DNA of 64,000 bases, taken from Eledone cirrhosa. Taxonomy: Eukaryota. The stretch lies in contig OZ024742.1 in assembly GCA_964016885.1 (NCBI GenBank), forward strand, positions 17,608,001-17,672,000, written 5' to 3'. Positions 14,984-27,835 of the stretch are shown piece by piece. The notes under the pieces are model-generated. The model did not search any database, had not been told where the DNA came from, and was given only the letters and a program-made list of their open reading frames with translations. Made by a program: the position numbers and the translations under genes. Numbering within the stretch: position 1 is the stretch's first letter; each line of letters begins with the position of its first letter.

Positions 14984-15179
14984 CAGACCTGCCAACCTAT
15001 AAAAACCCAAACAGGGAGTACCATGAAAAGAAGTTCCACAAAGTGGGGAAAAAATGAGGCAAAATGGGGAGATTTTACATAACGAAAGCTATACCCATTT
15101 TCACAAGAGAAAACATCTCTCACCCACCCGAAAGGGGGTCGGAGATCTCCCCGTCCAATGGGGAGAGTTGTCAGGTCTG
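14984..15179. mobile_element. MITE (~195 bp) with CAGACCTG.CAAC TIRs, copy 1
   Basis: cagacctgccaac...gttgtcaggtctg; homologous to 25108-25301. Confidence 0.75.
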
Positions 15180-15317
15180 TATTACATTAATGTTATTTTT
15201 AGCCAACCAGTAAAATATAAATTCAAATGTTAGATTAAGAATTGAGGGATATTTGGCTGCTATTTCTATCATGACGAACGAATACGTAGACACTCTATTA
15301 TAATGAGTTCTCCTATA

Positions 15318-15520
15318 GACACAAGACAAGTAATTTGGGGAGAGGGGGAATCCGATTAAATCGGGCCCAGTGCATTACTGGTACTTTATTTTATCGACGC
15401 CGTAAGGATGAAAGGCAAAGTTAAGCTCAGCGGGATCTGAAATCAGAATGTAAAGTGCCATAACTGTCCTGCAAAGTATTGTGTCCGGCGCTCTACTGAT
15501 TCTGCCAATTTACCAGCCTA
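15318..15520 (-). mobile_element. tRNA-derived SINE, family A
   Basis: ctggtactttattttatcgac..aaggatgaaaggcaaagtt core. Confidence 0.8.
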
Positions 15521-16114
15521 ACACTATTATAATAATGTAGATGGCATGGTGGGTGTCTGGGTGATCTTCAAATATCTTGAAACCCTTTTCATCTTCTTTG
15601 ACAAAGTCGTTCCTCAGTAAATATCACTGAAGTCTGTTCAAACTAGTTTTAATAAATCTCAATTATTCGAAAACTATACCGACATATAGAATTATCACAA
15701 TATAATGTTTCAAAAACCCTGAATAACTGGTCCCCAATTTCAAAATTGATGGAGTGAAATGAAATATGATAACAATAAAACTTTATATAAAGTGTAATTT
15801 TGAAATACGAGCTCAGAAAGTTCATTTAACAATGCAAACTTCTTCAGCTAAACATTAAACCTAGTGCTGAAATAAATTTCAAATGTACAATAAATTATAA
15901 AAGCAGATTTTGTTTTCCAGAAGCCATAAGACAGAGTTAAAACTACAGCTATAACTGCATTTGTTACATGTCAAGTAAATATTCGATAATTTAGGAGGGC
16001 TTATAAATAAAGGAATTACAATTACAGTTGCTTTGATACTCCATAGATCAAAATACACAACACTTACAAAATAATGTTATTCTATCCTTACTAAAAAAAA
16101 AACATTAAAACTTA

Positions 16115-16420
16115 AGTACTCCAGTCGCTACCTGGTGCAGTCTGCGACTAACCCAGGTTCTGCTTCACGTCGGGCTGAGGAGGCCAAACTCTCCAAATAC
16201 CGGTCGCTCTCCGACATGTTTGCGGTTGTACCTTTGGCAGTGGAGACTTCTGGTGTCCTCGGCCCTAGGGCTACCTCCCTACTCACCACCAGAGGCGCTG
16301 AGCTAGCCAGCCGCAGGTGTGAGTCTCGCGAGTTGGAATGGCTTTTCCAGCGCGTTTCCCTTGCCGTCCTCGGGGAAACGCCTTCTCCATTCTGTTCGCC
16401 GGGGCTGTGGGGAGGTCACC
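16115..16420 (+). pseudogene. 3' fragment of a CRE-like non-LTR retrotransposon (restriction-like endonuclease C-terminus)
   Basis: AE.AK.SKY...VPLAVETSGVLG...WLFQRVSLAV resembles the CRE-type RLE C-terminal pattern. Confidence 0.65.
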
Positions 16421-17104
16421 AATATGATTGACTGATCGTCATTTTATCAGTCAACTGTTGCTGTCGTTAACATCTATCAGTTTTTCAGAGTAGAGGATAT
16501 AAATATGCCGGAGTAAATATCAGTTTTCCTTGGTTTCTAGATTAGTCAACTGATGCTACTGTAAAGTTTGGGTTTGATATTAAAACAAACAACAAATTAA
16601 ACTGTATTACAGATTAAGGGTTAATTCTAGTAACAAAAACTTTTACTAGAGTGTTGTATCAAACCATGTAAAATTCTTGAGTGACGCGAGCATTAACAGT
16701 AAAATTTGTTTTGCTATGGCACCAGACAGAGCTTCAAATTGCTGTGGTGCTAACAATTCTCTCTGCACGTTAATGAAATAAACTAAATTTGATTCTAATA
16801 AAATATATTTGTCATTCTCTCCGTTTAAATGTTCCCATGCTGCTGAAAACTAACTTCTAATGTTGAATATTTGCTAAAAGAAACATACCACTGGTTCCAC
16901 AGGTAAGTGCTGTATATAAATTAATCAATGATAGTTAGAAACTATTGAAAATGATTCCTCTCTCGACCACAAGGGGATGAGTAGAAGTTACTGGGTAAAA
17001 AGAATTCTTAGTTACTGACATGTTCATATGACATCTATTATGCAAAAGAATGAATTAAATGCCATGTATTCAGAATAATGAACGCTGTTTTACATTTGTC
17101 AGGT

Positions 17105-17722
17105 ATGAGCTGAGTGTATATTTTCAGGCATATCGGAGCCGTGTTCACGAGTGATGGAAAGCAGGAGGCCGAATTAAGTGAAAGAACTTCAGGAGCTGCT
17201 GTAGTAATGCGCCAGCTTCAATATTCAGTAATAGGAAGGGAGGTAGGTGTAAAATCCAAACGTGTTATCTTCAATTCAGTATTTGTGCTAACTCTACTTA
17301 TGGTCATAAACCTTGGGTAACGACCGAAGAAATACGATCGCGAATACAAACGGCTAACATTGAGTTCCTCCAAACGGTCTTTGGAGTAACGTTACTCGAT
17401 AAAGTGTGTAGCTCGGAGATCAAAGATTCATTCGAGGTAGAGCCGCCACTTCTCCGAATTGAGATATCGCAGATTCGATACTATGGGCATGTGGTTAGAA
17501 TGTCTCAGGAAAGCATTAGTGAACAGATGTTACGGCAAAAACCAGCTGGCAGGAAACCCATGGTAGACCCCGAGAAAGATGGTTGGATAATATCCATGAG
17601 CTCGGCTGGTCTCGCTTGGGGTCCAGCCAGATCAATTGGAGACGGTTACTTCTGGCACGGCCCGCTAGAAGGAGTGTTTGAGGACTGCCTCCACGACCCT
17701 CACAAGAATAATTTGCGAAGAA
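17105..17722 (+). mobile_element. 5'-truncated RTE-clade LINE remnant
   Basis: Degraded post-RT peptide FRHIGAVFTSDG..E...R, IFNSVFV.TLTYG, QIRYYGHVVRM, KP.GR.P; 3' end shared with 22860 and 27700. Confidence 0.7.
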
Positions 17723-17739
17723 GATATATATATATGTGT

Positions 17740-17925
17740 GTGTATGTGTGTGTATATTCCAAACCGCCCGTCCCCTCAATCTATCTTATTTCTCATTCTT
17801 TCTTCTGATGAAGGACTAGCGTCCGAAACGTTAAGACCCTCTTCCTGCTATATCAAGCGTGAACCTAATATATCCCTTCCATATACTGTACCGATTGTGT
17901 TGTTATTTCTGTTTACCTTTTACAC
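17740..17925 (+). mobile_element. Penelope pseudo-LTR fragment
   Basis: Hammerhead motif followed by GCGTGAACCTAATA, a motif also found in the 19480 terminus, with variants at 32720 and 34770; flanked by TA/CA repeats. Confidence 0.6.
17801..17836 (+). ncRNA. Minimal hammerhead ribozyme motif
   Basis: TCTT-CTGATGA-A-GGAC-TAGC-GTCC-GAAAC-GTT-AAGA: 4-bp stem I, 4-bp stem II, palindromic stem III. Confidence 0.75.
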
Positions 17926-17999
17926 ACATATATATATGAGTGTGTATACACGACGGACCAGTATATTCAACTTTGACAGATATAACTGCGATAATTATT

Positions 18000-18031
<32 letters not shown>

Positions 18032-18302
18032 GGCGGCGGCGGTGACTACGGTGATGTACTTATGTACTTCAAACTTATTTTCTCAGAAAATTATTTTTTT
18101 TATGAGGGAAAACAAAATCCCCTAATAATGCTTTATTGATTAAACCCCACGAAATGCTGTACCCAACACACACACCCTACACAAACAACACACACCTTCT
18201 CTCCCTCTAGAATCCTATTTTATAATTCGAAAAAATATTTTTGCAAAATATCTGAATAAAGGAATTCATATCCTTTACAAAATATTTCCTAGAAAACAAT
18301 GA

Positions 18303-18375
18303 TGGAGGAGGAGGAGGAGGAGGAGGAGGAGGAGGAGGAGGAGGAGGAGGAGGAGGAGAAGAAGAATAAGAAGAA

Positions 18376-18406
<31 letters not shown>

Positions 18407-18461
18407 AAGAAGAAGAAGAAGAAGAAGAAGAAGAAGAAGAAGAAGAAGAAGAAGAAGAAGA
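18303..18461. repeat. (GGA)n-(GAA)n microsatellite
   Basis: Directly visible. Confidence 0.95.
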
Positions 18462-18852
18462 ATTTAATCAAACTGATCAATGTCAATGAATTGTTTTATC
18501 AGGAATCTTACTGTATTGTCGATTTGAAATTTAAATAAACTGGAATTCAAAATACATTATCAATAGTTCTCTTCTCTAAATATTGAAATCACCCCCTTTA
18601 TATAGCATCATCAACTAAATGTAGAAAAGAATAAAGAAATGTATCGTAGGATTAAAATCCTTATTTCACCGAATTCGTTGCAAATTTGAGTTCTTTAAAA
18701 TATACAAAAATAACATGCAATTGTTCTTTCGACGTTTATATAAACTTGCGGCTTGTTAAAATATGGATCTAAGTTTATCATTCCATTATATGCTATGAAA
18801 CTTTGTGGATTACTCACATATATACATGTACATGTATATATGTACATACATA

Positions 18853-18947
18853 CAGGGTATCCTCAAAAATGTATACACATTTTGATTACCTGTACAGGCA
18901 ATATTTATTAGAATGCTGTTGAAGTGTGTATACATTTTGGGGGGACA

Positions 18948-18951
<4 letters not shown>
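18853..18951. mobile_element. Tc1/mariner-type MITE, copy 2
   Basis: TA-CAGGGTATCCTCAAAAATGTATACAC...GTGTATACATTTTGGGGGACACTCTA-TA; internal sequence matches the 14554 copy. Confidence 0.7.
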
Positions 18952-18985
<34 letters not shown>

Positions 18986-18987
<2 letters not shown>

Positions 18988-19190
18988 CAAAGAGGATGTG
19001 GTAAGATACCAGGTAGACCATAACGCGCCAGAGTACTCAATACTTAGGGTAGAAGAGTGGGTAATAGGAAAATAGTCAGAACCCCGACGGCTAAGCTCTG
19101 GCCGTTTCGACAGCTAGGTCGGACCTTTTCGGATCTAGCCGTCGAAACGACCGGAGCTCAGCCGTCGGGGTCCTGACTCTTTTCCTATAA
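18986..19190 (-). mobile_element. Small fold-back element in (TA)n, probable Penelope terminus
   Basis: ~56-bp imperfect inverted arms spanning 19065-19187, (TA)n on both sides. Confidence 0.5.
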
Positions 19191-19399
19191 ATATATATAT
19201 ATATATATATGATGCCGATGTAATTACTACTCTTGGTGGGATACCGGAAACACTTTAGCATTTAGTTTTGGACGAAAAATGTCTGATAATAAAATTGATA
19301 GATTGATTCTTATAGTTCAATACATGGAGATCTATGAAGAGAGAAACAAAGAGAATGTGAAATGTATATGTGCGGGGATATAGATGTGCGTGCGTGTTT

Positions 19400-19471
<72 letters not shown>

Positions 19472-19482
19472 TATATATATAT

Positions 19483-20132
19483 AGTGCAAATTTATACGGG
19501 AACAAAACAGAGAGGCAGACAAATAAAGGTTTATTAGGTTCACGCTTTTGAGAGGGAGGGGGTGGGGCGTTTCGGGCATAAGCCCTTCTTCAGGATAAAT
19601 AGGTTAGGAAGAGAGTTCCGAGGGTGTGTGGAAATACATTTAGAAAAAAGGGGGAAGGAGAACAAATAAAAATAAAAATAAACGTAAAAATAAACATAAG
19701 AATAAACAATAAGATGAACAAGTGGTGGAAGGGTGTGAGGCGTGTAAGGGTGGCGGTGGGTAGAGTTGGGCGAGGGAGGCGGGAGGTCGAAGCGTGGAAG
19801 GCTGAAGGTGGTGTTTGTGTATGTGTGTAGGTGTAGGTGTACGTGAGTGAGTGTGTGTGTATGTGAGAAGAAGGAGGAGGATCCATGTTCTGGATTTCGG
19901 AGGTTGAGAGTGTATATAAGTGGGGGTACGCACGTGTGTGTTTGTGTTTATATGTGGTATGGATGTGGGTGGCGTGATGCGAAAAAAAATGCGAGTGTAT
20001 GTTCGTGGGTAAGTTCCTAGGGTAGTTCCATCGAGTGTGAGAAGAGATACTGGATATTTTCCATGGTATGGAGAGTGGATGGCTGGAGAAGTGTCCGGTG
20101 GTGTGGAATCCAATGTTGGTGGTTCTCTTTCT
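19483..20132 (-). mobile_element. Non-coding Penelope (Neptune-type) 3' terminal fragment
   Basis: First ~200 bp nearly identical to 32719-32910; hammerhead core at 19567-19595 (-); (TA)n flanks. Confidence 0.75.
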
Positions 20133-20674
20133 TATATATATATATATATATATTTATTTATTAAAATAACAGATTAAAGTTTAAGCAAAGAATCGCTGCT
20201 TTCACCCTTAACGGGATCTTCTGAAACTAACAAAGTCAATCTGTAAACGCAGAAGTGGATATTTCAAAAAACGTTGCAACCGGAGGAAGACAGGAAGACG
20301 ATACTTTGGTTCGTGGAATCGTTCCCTATGCAAATAAGTAATGGTATAAACAAAACATATACTTAGCTACCACATCAAGACGTAAAATATCCACATATAG
20401 ATCATACTATCCGTTAGGGTATAACGTGGGGCTGTAAATCAGGAAAGTTTTGTGCAATTTATGTTTACAAGCCGAAATTGCCTCAGATTTTTTGTTTAAG
20501 ATGTGGTCTGTGGCGTATAGTATTTCCAGGGTCTCAGTGGCGCAGAGGTCACATGGTCTTTTATTTCCGTTATACGATATAGCCCTTGCTAGGATCTCCC
20601 AGTGTAACTTATATTGGGTGTGGTTGTCTTTTAGAATCCAGATATAAGCTGAAAGTGACGTCGCGGGCGGTGGT

Positions 20675-21811
20675 TTGTACCGTGATGATGGTCTTTTGAC
20701 CATGACTAAGTGCAGACCTCGTGCTTGCGACAGGTTCAGAAAAGAACTCACAGCCTTCTTTAAAGGCTTCAACCTCTCTATACAGGTTGAGGCCAATCTC
20801 TCGGTCGTTAATTATCTCGACGTTACCCTCAATTTATTGAATGGGTTGTATTACCCGTATAGAAAGCCGAATGATACGCTTAATTACATAAGTAAGCATT
20901 CCAACCATCCTGCCAGCATAACCAAGAACCTGGTAAGAAACGTTTCGTTGAGGCTTTCCCGTCTATCTACTAACGAGCATATTTTCTACGACCATTCCAC
21001 TTATTACAATGAAGCTCTTGCTCGGAGTGGATTTGTCGATAAGGTAGCATATACAGAGTACGAAAATAGACCTAGAAGAAATAGATCCCGTCGCATTTGT
21101 TGGTATAACCCACCATATAATATGGAGGTGGCCACACCATTAGCTAAGATCTTTCTTTCCCTTATTACGAAGCATTTTCCCCCTACACATAACTATAGTA
21201 AAATTTTTAATAGAAATACTATTAAAATGTCTTACTCTACGACTCCTAACCTTGCACATAACATCACAGCTTCAAATTTAGCTAAACTACCTAGCCGTAG
21301 GAACACGTGCAACCCTGTAGTTTATACTAACTGTAATTGTAGGAATCGGGTTGATTGCCCCCTATCCGGGAAATGCCTTTCTAGTAACATTGTCTACAAA
21401 TGTAAGGTTGAAACACCCACGTCCCGTAGGGCCTACATATGGTTAACCGCCAATAGATTCAAGCAGCGTCTTTACATGTATACCCATTCTTTTCGTTACC
21501 CTCTTAGAAGGAATATGACGTCACTTTCAGCTTATATCTGGAGTCTAAAAGACAACCACACCCAATATAAGTTACACTGGGAGATCCTAGCTAGGACTAT
21601 ATCGTATAACGGAAATAAAAGACCATGTGACCTCTGCGCCGCTGAGGCCCTGGAAATACTCTACGCCACACACCACATCTTAAACAAAAAATCTGAGGCA
21701 ATTTCGGCTTGTAAACATAAATTGCACAAAACTTTCCTGTATTACAGCCCCACGTTTACCCTAACGGATATTACGATCTATACGTGGATATTTTACGTCT
21801 TGATGTGGTAG
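20675..21811 (+). CDS. Penelope RT C-terminal half + GIY-YIG endonuclease (truncated)
   Basis: YRDDGL catalytic motif, VNYLDVTL, YRKPND..YI...SNHP, WYNPPY, CNCRNRVDCPLSGKC (CxCx5Cx5C), IVY...YIW (YIG mutated)..FKQR, CDLC..E, LNKKSE....CKH. Confidence 0.88.
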   Translation: MYRDDGLLTMTKCRPRACDRFRKELTAFFKGFNLSIQVEANLSVVNYLDVTLNLLNGLYYPYRKPNDTLNYISKHSNHPASITKNLVRNVSLRLSRLSTNEHIFYDHSTYYNEALARSGFVDKVAYTEYENRPRRNRSRRICWYNPPYNMEVATPLAKIFLSLITKHFPPTHNYSKIFNRNTIKMSYSTTPNLAHNITASNLAKLPSRRNTCNPVVYTNCNCRNRVDCPLSGKCLSSNIVYKCKVETPTSRRAYIWLTANRFKQRLYMYTHSFRYPLRRNMTSLSAYIWSLKDNHTQYKLHWEILARTISYNGNKRPCDLCAAEALEILYATHHILNKKSEAISACKHKLHKTFLYYSPTFTLTDITIYTWIFYVLMW

Positions 21812-21949
21812 CTAAGTATATGTTTTGTTTATACCATTACTTATTTGCATAGGGAACGATTCCACGAACCAAAGTATCGTCTTCCTGTCTTCCTCCGGTT
21901 GCAACGTTTTTTGAAATATCCACTTCTGCGTTTACAGATTGACTTTGTT

Positions 21950-22000
21950 AGTTTCAGAAGATCCCGTTAAGGGTGAAAGCAGCGATTCTTTGCTTAAACT
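21950..22000 (+). ncRNA. Hammerhead-like motif with CAGAAGA core (inverted copy at ~20178-20228)
   Basis: AGTTT-CAGAAGA-TCCC-GTTAA-GGGT-GAAAGCA...TGCTT-AAACT. Confidence 0.55.
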
Positions 22001-22096
22001 TTAATCTGTTATTTTAATAAATATTTGCTCTACGGTTTTTATATATTTGATATATATTTATCCTTATTGGATTTTAGTCTTCAAATTTATTATTAT

Positions 22097-22169
<73 letters not shown>

Positions 22170-22171
<2 letters not shown>

Positions 22172-22320
22172 AAAGAGAAGAATTGACCTCTAGTATGGAC
22201 TATTGCTTCATTGATCGGCCCCGGATGGGTGAATGTCAAAGTTAACCTCGGCGTGATTTTATCTGCAAGCGAATAGAATCGAAACAGTTGTACCAATGTT
22301 TTATCCGACGTTCTACTGTA
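22170..22320 (-). mobile_element. Degraded SINE family A fragment
   Basis: aaagttaacctcggcg...tccgacgttctac resembles other copies. Confidence 0.45.
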
Positions 22321-22861
22321 ATACTGGAAATCATTTTACAGAACATGCAGAGAAAAAGACGAAGAGCAGCTTGGCAGTATCTGAAAGACAACCTTAAGAT
22401 ATTGGTGTACAGCACCCTAATATCTCTGGCAGGCATTTTTAAAAATAATTTATCTTAATTACATTATACCAGTACCATTGCAGCCGAGTCTCTATCAACA
22501 CTACCTGCTGTTCTGAAGAATTAACGTTTCATTTGATTATCACTCATATATTTCATAATTAATTTCATGGTTTTAAACAATTCTAGCGATTAAGATTATA
22601 TTTTTTAACTATTAACCTCATATCTAGGCATGCAAATTGTTTTAATAATTATTTTGCCCGTTTGACAATCCATCGTCATCAGACGCCTAATTCCTGGATG
22701 TGTACATAATGCTAGAGTAAATTCGAACTAGTAACTTTATTTCTAATCAAAGGTTAATAACGCTTTTAACCACAAGGCCACTGATATAACTATTAATGCT
22801 GTAGTGAATAAATTTGTTACTATTAGTTTTAAAAAACACATATTTGCAAATCCTGTTTCTT

Positions 22862-22952
22862 CTTCTCCCACTTATTCCTGAGATGGTCGTGGGGACAGAG
22901 TCATCAAACACTACTTCCGGCGGGTCCTGTCAGAAGCAACCGTCTCCAACTA
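22862..22952 (-). mobile_element. RTE 3'-end fragment
   Basis: caaacact...gcgggtcctgtcagaagcaaccgtctccaact matches the reverse complement of ~17630-17710. Confidence 0.6.
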
Positions 22953-23099
22953 CATAAAGTGCCTTGCTCAAGGACAGAATGCGCAGGAAAAGAACTCACA
23001 ACCTTATACCCTAACCACAAAGCCACACGCCTTCACCGTAACTATTTGAAAACTAGTTTTAAAATGGGAAATGGTTTAACATAAATGCTGAAATTAAGT

Positions 23100-23530
23100 C
23101 CAAAATAGAAAATCTGTAGACACAGAAGCCAGTGGGTTTAATCTGTGGCTCAATTCTGTGGTTTAATTCACCCCAGGATTCATTGAACATCTGTTTCAGT
23201 CTCCAAATTATTTTCGACGTCTCTTCTTCTGCTAGCTTGGACTCGGTAATCTCCCTACATCTCTTTACCAGACAGCGTATACTTAACCGGGGCGGCTTAA
23301 CAAGGAGATCCCTCAATGATTGGAGCAATCTCTCTTGTCTCCCGTTTTGAAAAGTGGATTAATCATCCCCGATTGTCATTACTTAGGTGCCTTTCAAGAG
23401 AGCCTGGCCATGCAGCACACAAGAGTCAGCCAGAGATTTTTATGCAGAAATAGAAAGAAATTATTTACGCTGATGATGTGTGTCGACAATCAAATAGGGA
23501 TTGAATATCTTGCTGAAGAGATTTAAGAAA
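23100..23530 (+). pseudogene. Highly degraded non-LTR RT fragment
   Basis: IIYADDV readable at ~23460-23480, with QGDPS at ~23301 upstream. Confidence 0.4.
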
Positions 23531-24453
23531 ATAGAAACATTTGGCTCTAAAGACAAGATATACTTCTAACTCCATTGTCCGTATTATTCGTACATAATAT
23601 TTCGCCGTTTCAAAATACCAAACTAATGAGAACTTAATGTATTTTATTATAAGTGTATATAACTACGTCTTAAATTTTTCACAGAAAATAGATTAGATAT
23701 AATATTTCATAACATGATAAGAAGTTAAATAACAGATAAGATATATATAATATTCATTTTATTATCATACGTATTTCGACTGACAGTCTAATAACTATCA
23801 ATTTTCACTTGTATATTACAACCAATGTTTATATATTTGCTTACTATAACTATAAAATATTTGCCTTGAAATATAGTTTTGCACATGATACCAACTTAGA
23901 AATACTTTCTAATAGAACCTCAAATAACCTTGTTGTTGGTTTAGCATTAATTAATGAATTTCTAGAAATGAGATAACAATTTGTTATTCAAAACAAACAA
24001 TTTGTATATGGTTTCTCGTTTATGTTCTAGCGAATATATAATTGATGACAAACATGTAACTGGCGTAGATTTATACATTTCTGTGTCTCCAAAAGAAGGT
24101 GTACAAGTTTGTGTGTATATATATGTATGTATGTATGTGACAACAACTGGGGACCCTTTCACTCCCAGGTTAAAAAAAAAAGTACTAGGAGAGGGAAACT
24201 CTGAAAAAAAATCTGCGGCTGCGGACGCATCCGATTATGTTGACCAGTTCTCCTTTTCGGGTAATGTTTTCGATGCTCAGAGAGTGGGATTGGTCGAGTG
24301 CAGGGCCTTTACCTACTTAATAAACCTTCAAAGCACAGGCATTGCTTGTTCAGGATATGTTACAGGTTTGTGTGGCTGGCCGTAACCTGAAAGTGCACCA
24401 AACTCTATAATCTGACAAGCGATTGCAATACTCTTAGCAGAGTTTGCAGCCAT

Positions 24454-24456
24454 CGC

Positions 24457-24547
<91 letters not shown>

Positions 24548-24571
24548 TGTGTGTGTGTGTGTGTGTGTGTG
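24454..24571. repeat. (GCGT)n-(GT)n microsatellite
   Basis: Directly visible. Confidence 0.95.
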
Positions 24572-25107
24572 AAACACCAACGAGCACATGATGGTAAAGT
24601 CCAGGTTGACTATTTAAACTTCGTTGCAAAAAATCAGTTCCGTGTTGTGAGAAAATGTGCAAATTAGGTGGGTTGAAGCGACATCTGAACATACGCAATA
24701 AGCAAACCCGGAGTGGAAACAAGAACGAAATCAGGCATCATTGTTTTATTTATGGACGGGTGTTAAGGACCAGGGATTGGCAAATTCGGTAGAGCGTTGG
24801 ACAACATGCTTTGCAGCAGAGAGTTACGGCCCTTTGCGTTCACACAATTTTTTAAGAAAAGACATTAGAGAAAACATGTCTAAAAGATGAGACACCATAC
24901 CTGTCATTATAGGTTTGCTAAAATAAGACTGGTCTGGGGCTAAATAATAAGAACAATAACCCATGAGTTGTTGCTTCCTCCTTAAGTCACAACAGAGACC
25001 CCGAAGAGGCCGTAGGTGATCACCTGCCTTATCTAGCTAAGCTCAGAAGAAACAGCTCTATTCTGTCCACCGTGACTGCGGGGTCACCAGCGCGTGGGCC
25101 CTCATTT

Positions 25108-25301
25108 CAGACTTGTCTACCTCTAAAAACCCAAACGGGGAGTACAATGAAAAAAAGTGCCCCAAAACGGGGAGAAATGAGGCAAAATGGGGAGATTTTA
25201 CATAATGAAAGCTATACCCATTTTCACAAGAGATGGCATCTGTCACCCACCCTAAGTGGGTGGGAGAACTCCCCGTCGGACGGGGAGAGTTGACAGGTCT
25301 G
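25108..25301. mobile_element. MITE with CAGACCTG-type TIRs, copy 2
   Basis: cagacttgtctac...gttgacaggtctg; high similarity to 14984-15179. Confidence 0.75.
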
Positions 25302-25504
25302 CTATTTGCTTATTATAGTGAGAGAGGCGGAGGCAATGACTATACCAGTATTGAAGTGTTTTGTAGAGTTAAAGGTTAAATGATTTTACGATAAATTGGT
25401 AGATACCATATATACATACACACAAGCTGGTCTATATAAGAAGAAACTATCACCTGGCATTAACTTATAACTAACACCTGTAATTGTGTCTTTCTATACG
25501 TGTC

Positions 25505-25792
25505 TGATTGTGTAGGTGTGTGTATGTATGTATGTGTGCATTAGTGAGTTTGTTTGTGATTGTGTAGGTAGGTGTGTATATGTATGTGTGTGTATGTATG
25601 TATGCGTTAGTGAGTTTGATTTTGATTGTGTAGGTAGGTGTGTGTAATGTATGTGAATGTATGTATGTGTGCGTTAGTGAGTTTATTTGTGATTGTGTAG
25701 GTAGGTGTGTGTGTATGTATGTGTGTGTATGTATGTGTGTGCGCGTTAGTGAGTTTGTCTGTGATTGTGTAGGTAGGTGTGTGTGTATGTGC
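25505..25792. repeat. Degenerate ~60-75-bp minisatellite (~4 copies)
   Basis: ttagtgagttt...gattgtgtaggtaggtgtg recurs, with variable GT/GTAT spacers. Confidence 0.75.
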
Positions 25793-26407
25793 GATAGCTG
25801 AATTGCTATCTTGTCGTTTAGTCCTAAGCTAGTCCTGATTGAGCAGAGTCGTGGCAAAACACAATCTAGTCGTGACAATCTCATCATTCATTCAGACATA
25901 GGGCATCCATTACACAACATGTTCTTGTCTTGTTATTTTTGTTGTTGTTGTTGTTGTGTTATACCTCAGTTGAACTGGAGCTAAACAGCAACAACAGACA
26001 CACACACACACACACACACTCTAACACACACACGTAGATGGCTCTCTAGTGTTTAAATACATGTGCAAATCTAAATACAACTGACTTTCTTTCCTGTCAA
26101 TAAAATAATACTATACTCTAGTCGATGAAGTCCTGAAAGTGGTGCTGGTGTATAAGCAGCCATCAAATGATTCGGTTATTGTCTCTATTAGAAATAAATA
26201 TCTCATATTTCTGCATGCACAGTAAATGTATGAAATCGCTCATTAGGTTTTGATCTAAAGTTTGGACGCCTCTGGCTCTAGATGTGTCAAACTTTACAAG
26301 AAAATTTTTAGATCTAAGAAAATTATCCTGCTACGGTTGATATAGAATCACAGTCTCAGATTCTCTACTTCTCTCTCTCCATCTCTTTTTCGTTGTTCTA
26401 CGTGAGC

Positions 26408-26452
<45 letters not shown>

Positions 26453-26814
26453 TGTGTGTGTATAAATATGTCTACATAACATTTCCCCAAATAAGTGTCA
26501 TTCACATTGAATTGTGACACCATATGCAAGACCTTCATGGACAAAGACAGAAAATATCATCTATTGGAGCTCGTTGCTACCTAGACTCTTTTAACAGGAA
26601 AAAAGCACAGGCAAATTTACAACCACTGAGTGTGTTACATGAACACCACACAGCCTTAAACTAGTTATGACCGTGTCCCAACTACTGGCCCTCTGCTTCT
26701 ACAAAGATTATATGAGAACAACAATGAAATACTGATCCAACACCTTGGACAGTTCTGCAATTGCTCATACTAGTATCGTAGATATAATCAAGGAAAAAAC
26801 AGTGAATGTAAATA

Positions 26815-27070
26815 TCTATATATAAATTTGAGTGATTTCCGTCCGTCACACAATGTGTATGTGTAAAAGGAAGGAAGGGGTTGTAAAAAAACTATAGCAA
26901 AACCGCGACTGGCGTTTGTGAGTGTATATGTATAAGTTTTTGTGTAAATGCATGTGTGTGTGAGAATGTATGTCTGTGAGTGAGTATTTTTGTATGTTTA
27001 TATTTATATACTCATACATATAAATGTATGTATAGGCACATACGCATTAGCGTGTTGAAAAAAATTCTAG
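26815..27070 (+). mobile_element. Possible short non-autonomous Helitron
   Basis: A|TCTATATATAA 5' end, subterminal hairpin acgc-atta-gcgt, 3' CTAG|T. Confidence 0.4.
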
Positions 27071-27699
27071 TATTTTAAAATCCCAAAATAACACGGATTG
27101 CTGTTATCGGCGTCGTTGTGGTTGTGTAATTGGGTTGGTTTTGTTCCAGGCCATGACGAAGCAAATGTTGTGTGAGTGTATATGCGAGTGTTTGAATATG
27201 TTTTCGGTATGTATGTGATGGTTATTTACGTTGTTAATCATCTCTAGTTATAAACTGAAATCAGATACAATTCTGTTGACTTTCCATTCTATTTTGTATT
27301 TTCTCTTTTAATTGCTTTTTTTCTGGGGTTTTCTTTTACCGGAGGCTTTTCAAAGGTTATTGTATCGACAGACACAGTTATAAATAATTATTTCGCTCAG
27401 AAACTGTTGAAACTAATATGATGATGATGCACTTGTTTCTTGACCCTTTCGGCAAAAGCCAACACGTCCAGAACTGAAACTGTATGGTACTGTAATGAAG
27501 ATTGCAATCAACAGTCCTTAAGATATCAATTTCTTTTGACTAGTCTAGTGTTTACGCAGCTCATGATTATAATTAATTGAATCGACTGTAGGATGTGACC
27601 AGAACTAAATAAGTTTTTATCAGTCGATAGTGATATGAGGAAACCAATTGCGGCGTCGGTGGTTTGTTTCTCGCTGTGGTCACATTGGTGGTCTTCTTC

Positions 27700-27835
27700 G
27701 CCCTCTTATTCCTGAGAGGATTGAGTCCTCAAACACTCCTTCTAGCGGGTCCTGTCAGAAGCAACCGTCTCCAACTGATCCGGCTAGGTCCTCAAGCGAG
27801 ACCAGCCAAGTTTATGACGAAATTTTCTAGGTGCA
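27700..27835 (-). mobile_element. RTE 3'-end fragment
   Basis: Reverse complement similar to ~17590-17715. Confidence 0.65.

Larger units (their letters stand above)
20156..22090 (+). mobile_element. 5'-truncated Penelope-like element (Naiad-type) with inverted 5' pseudo-LTR
   Basis: 20156-20662 is the reverse complement of 21517-22022; RT-GIY-YIG ORF between the arms; (TA)n on both sides. Confidence 0.88.
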
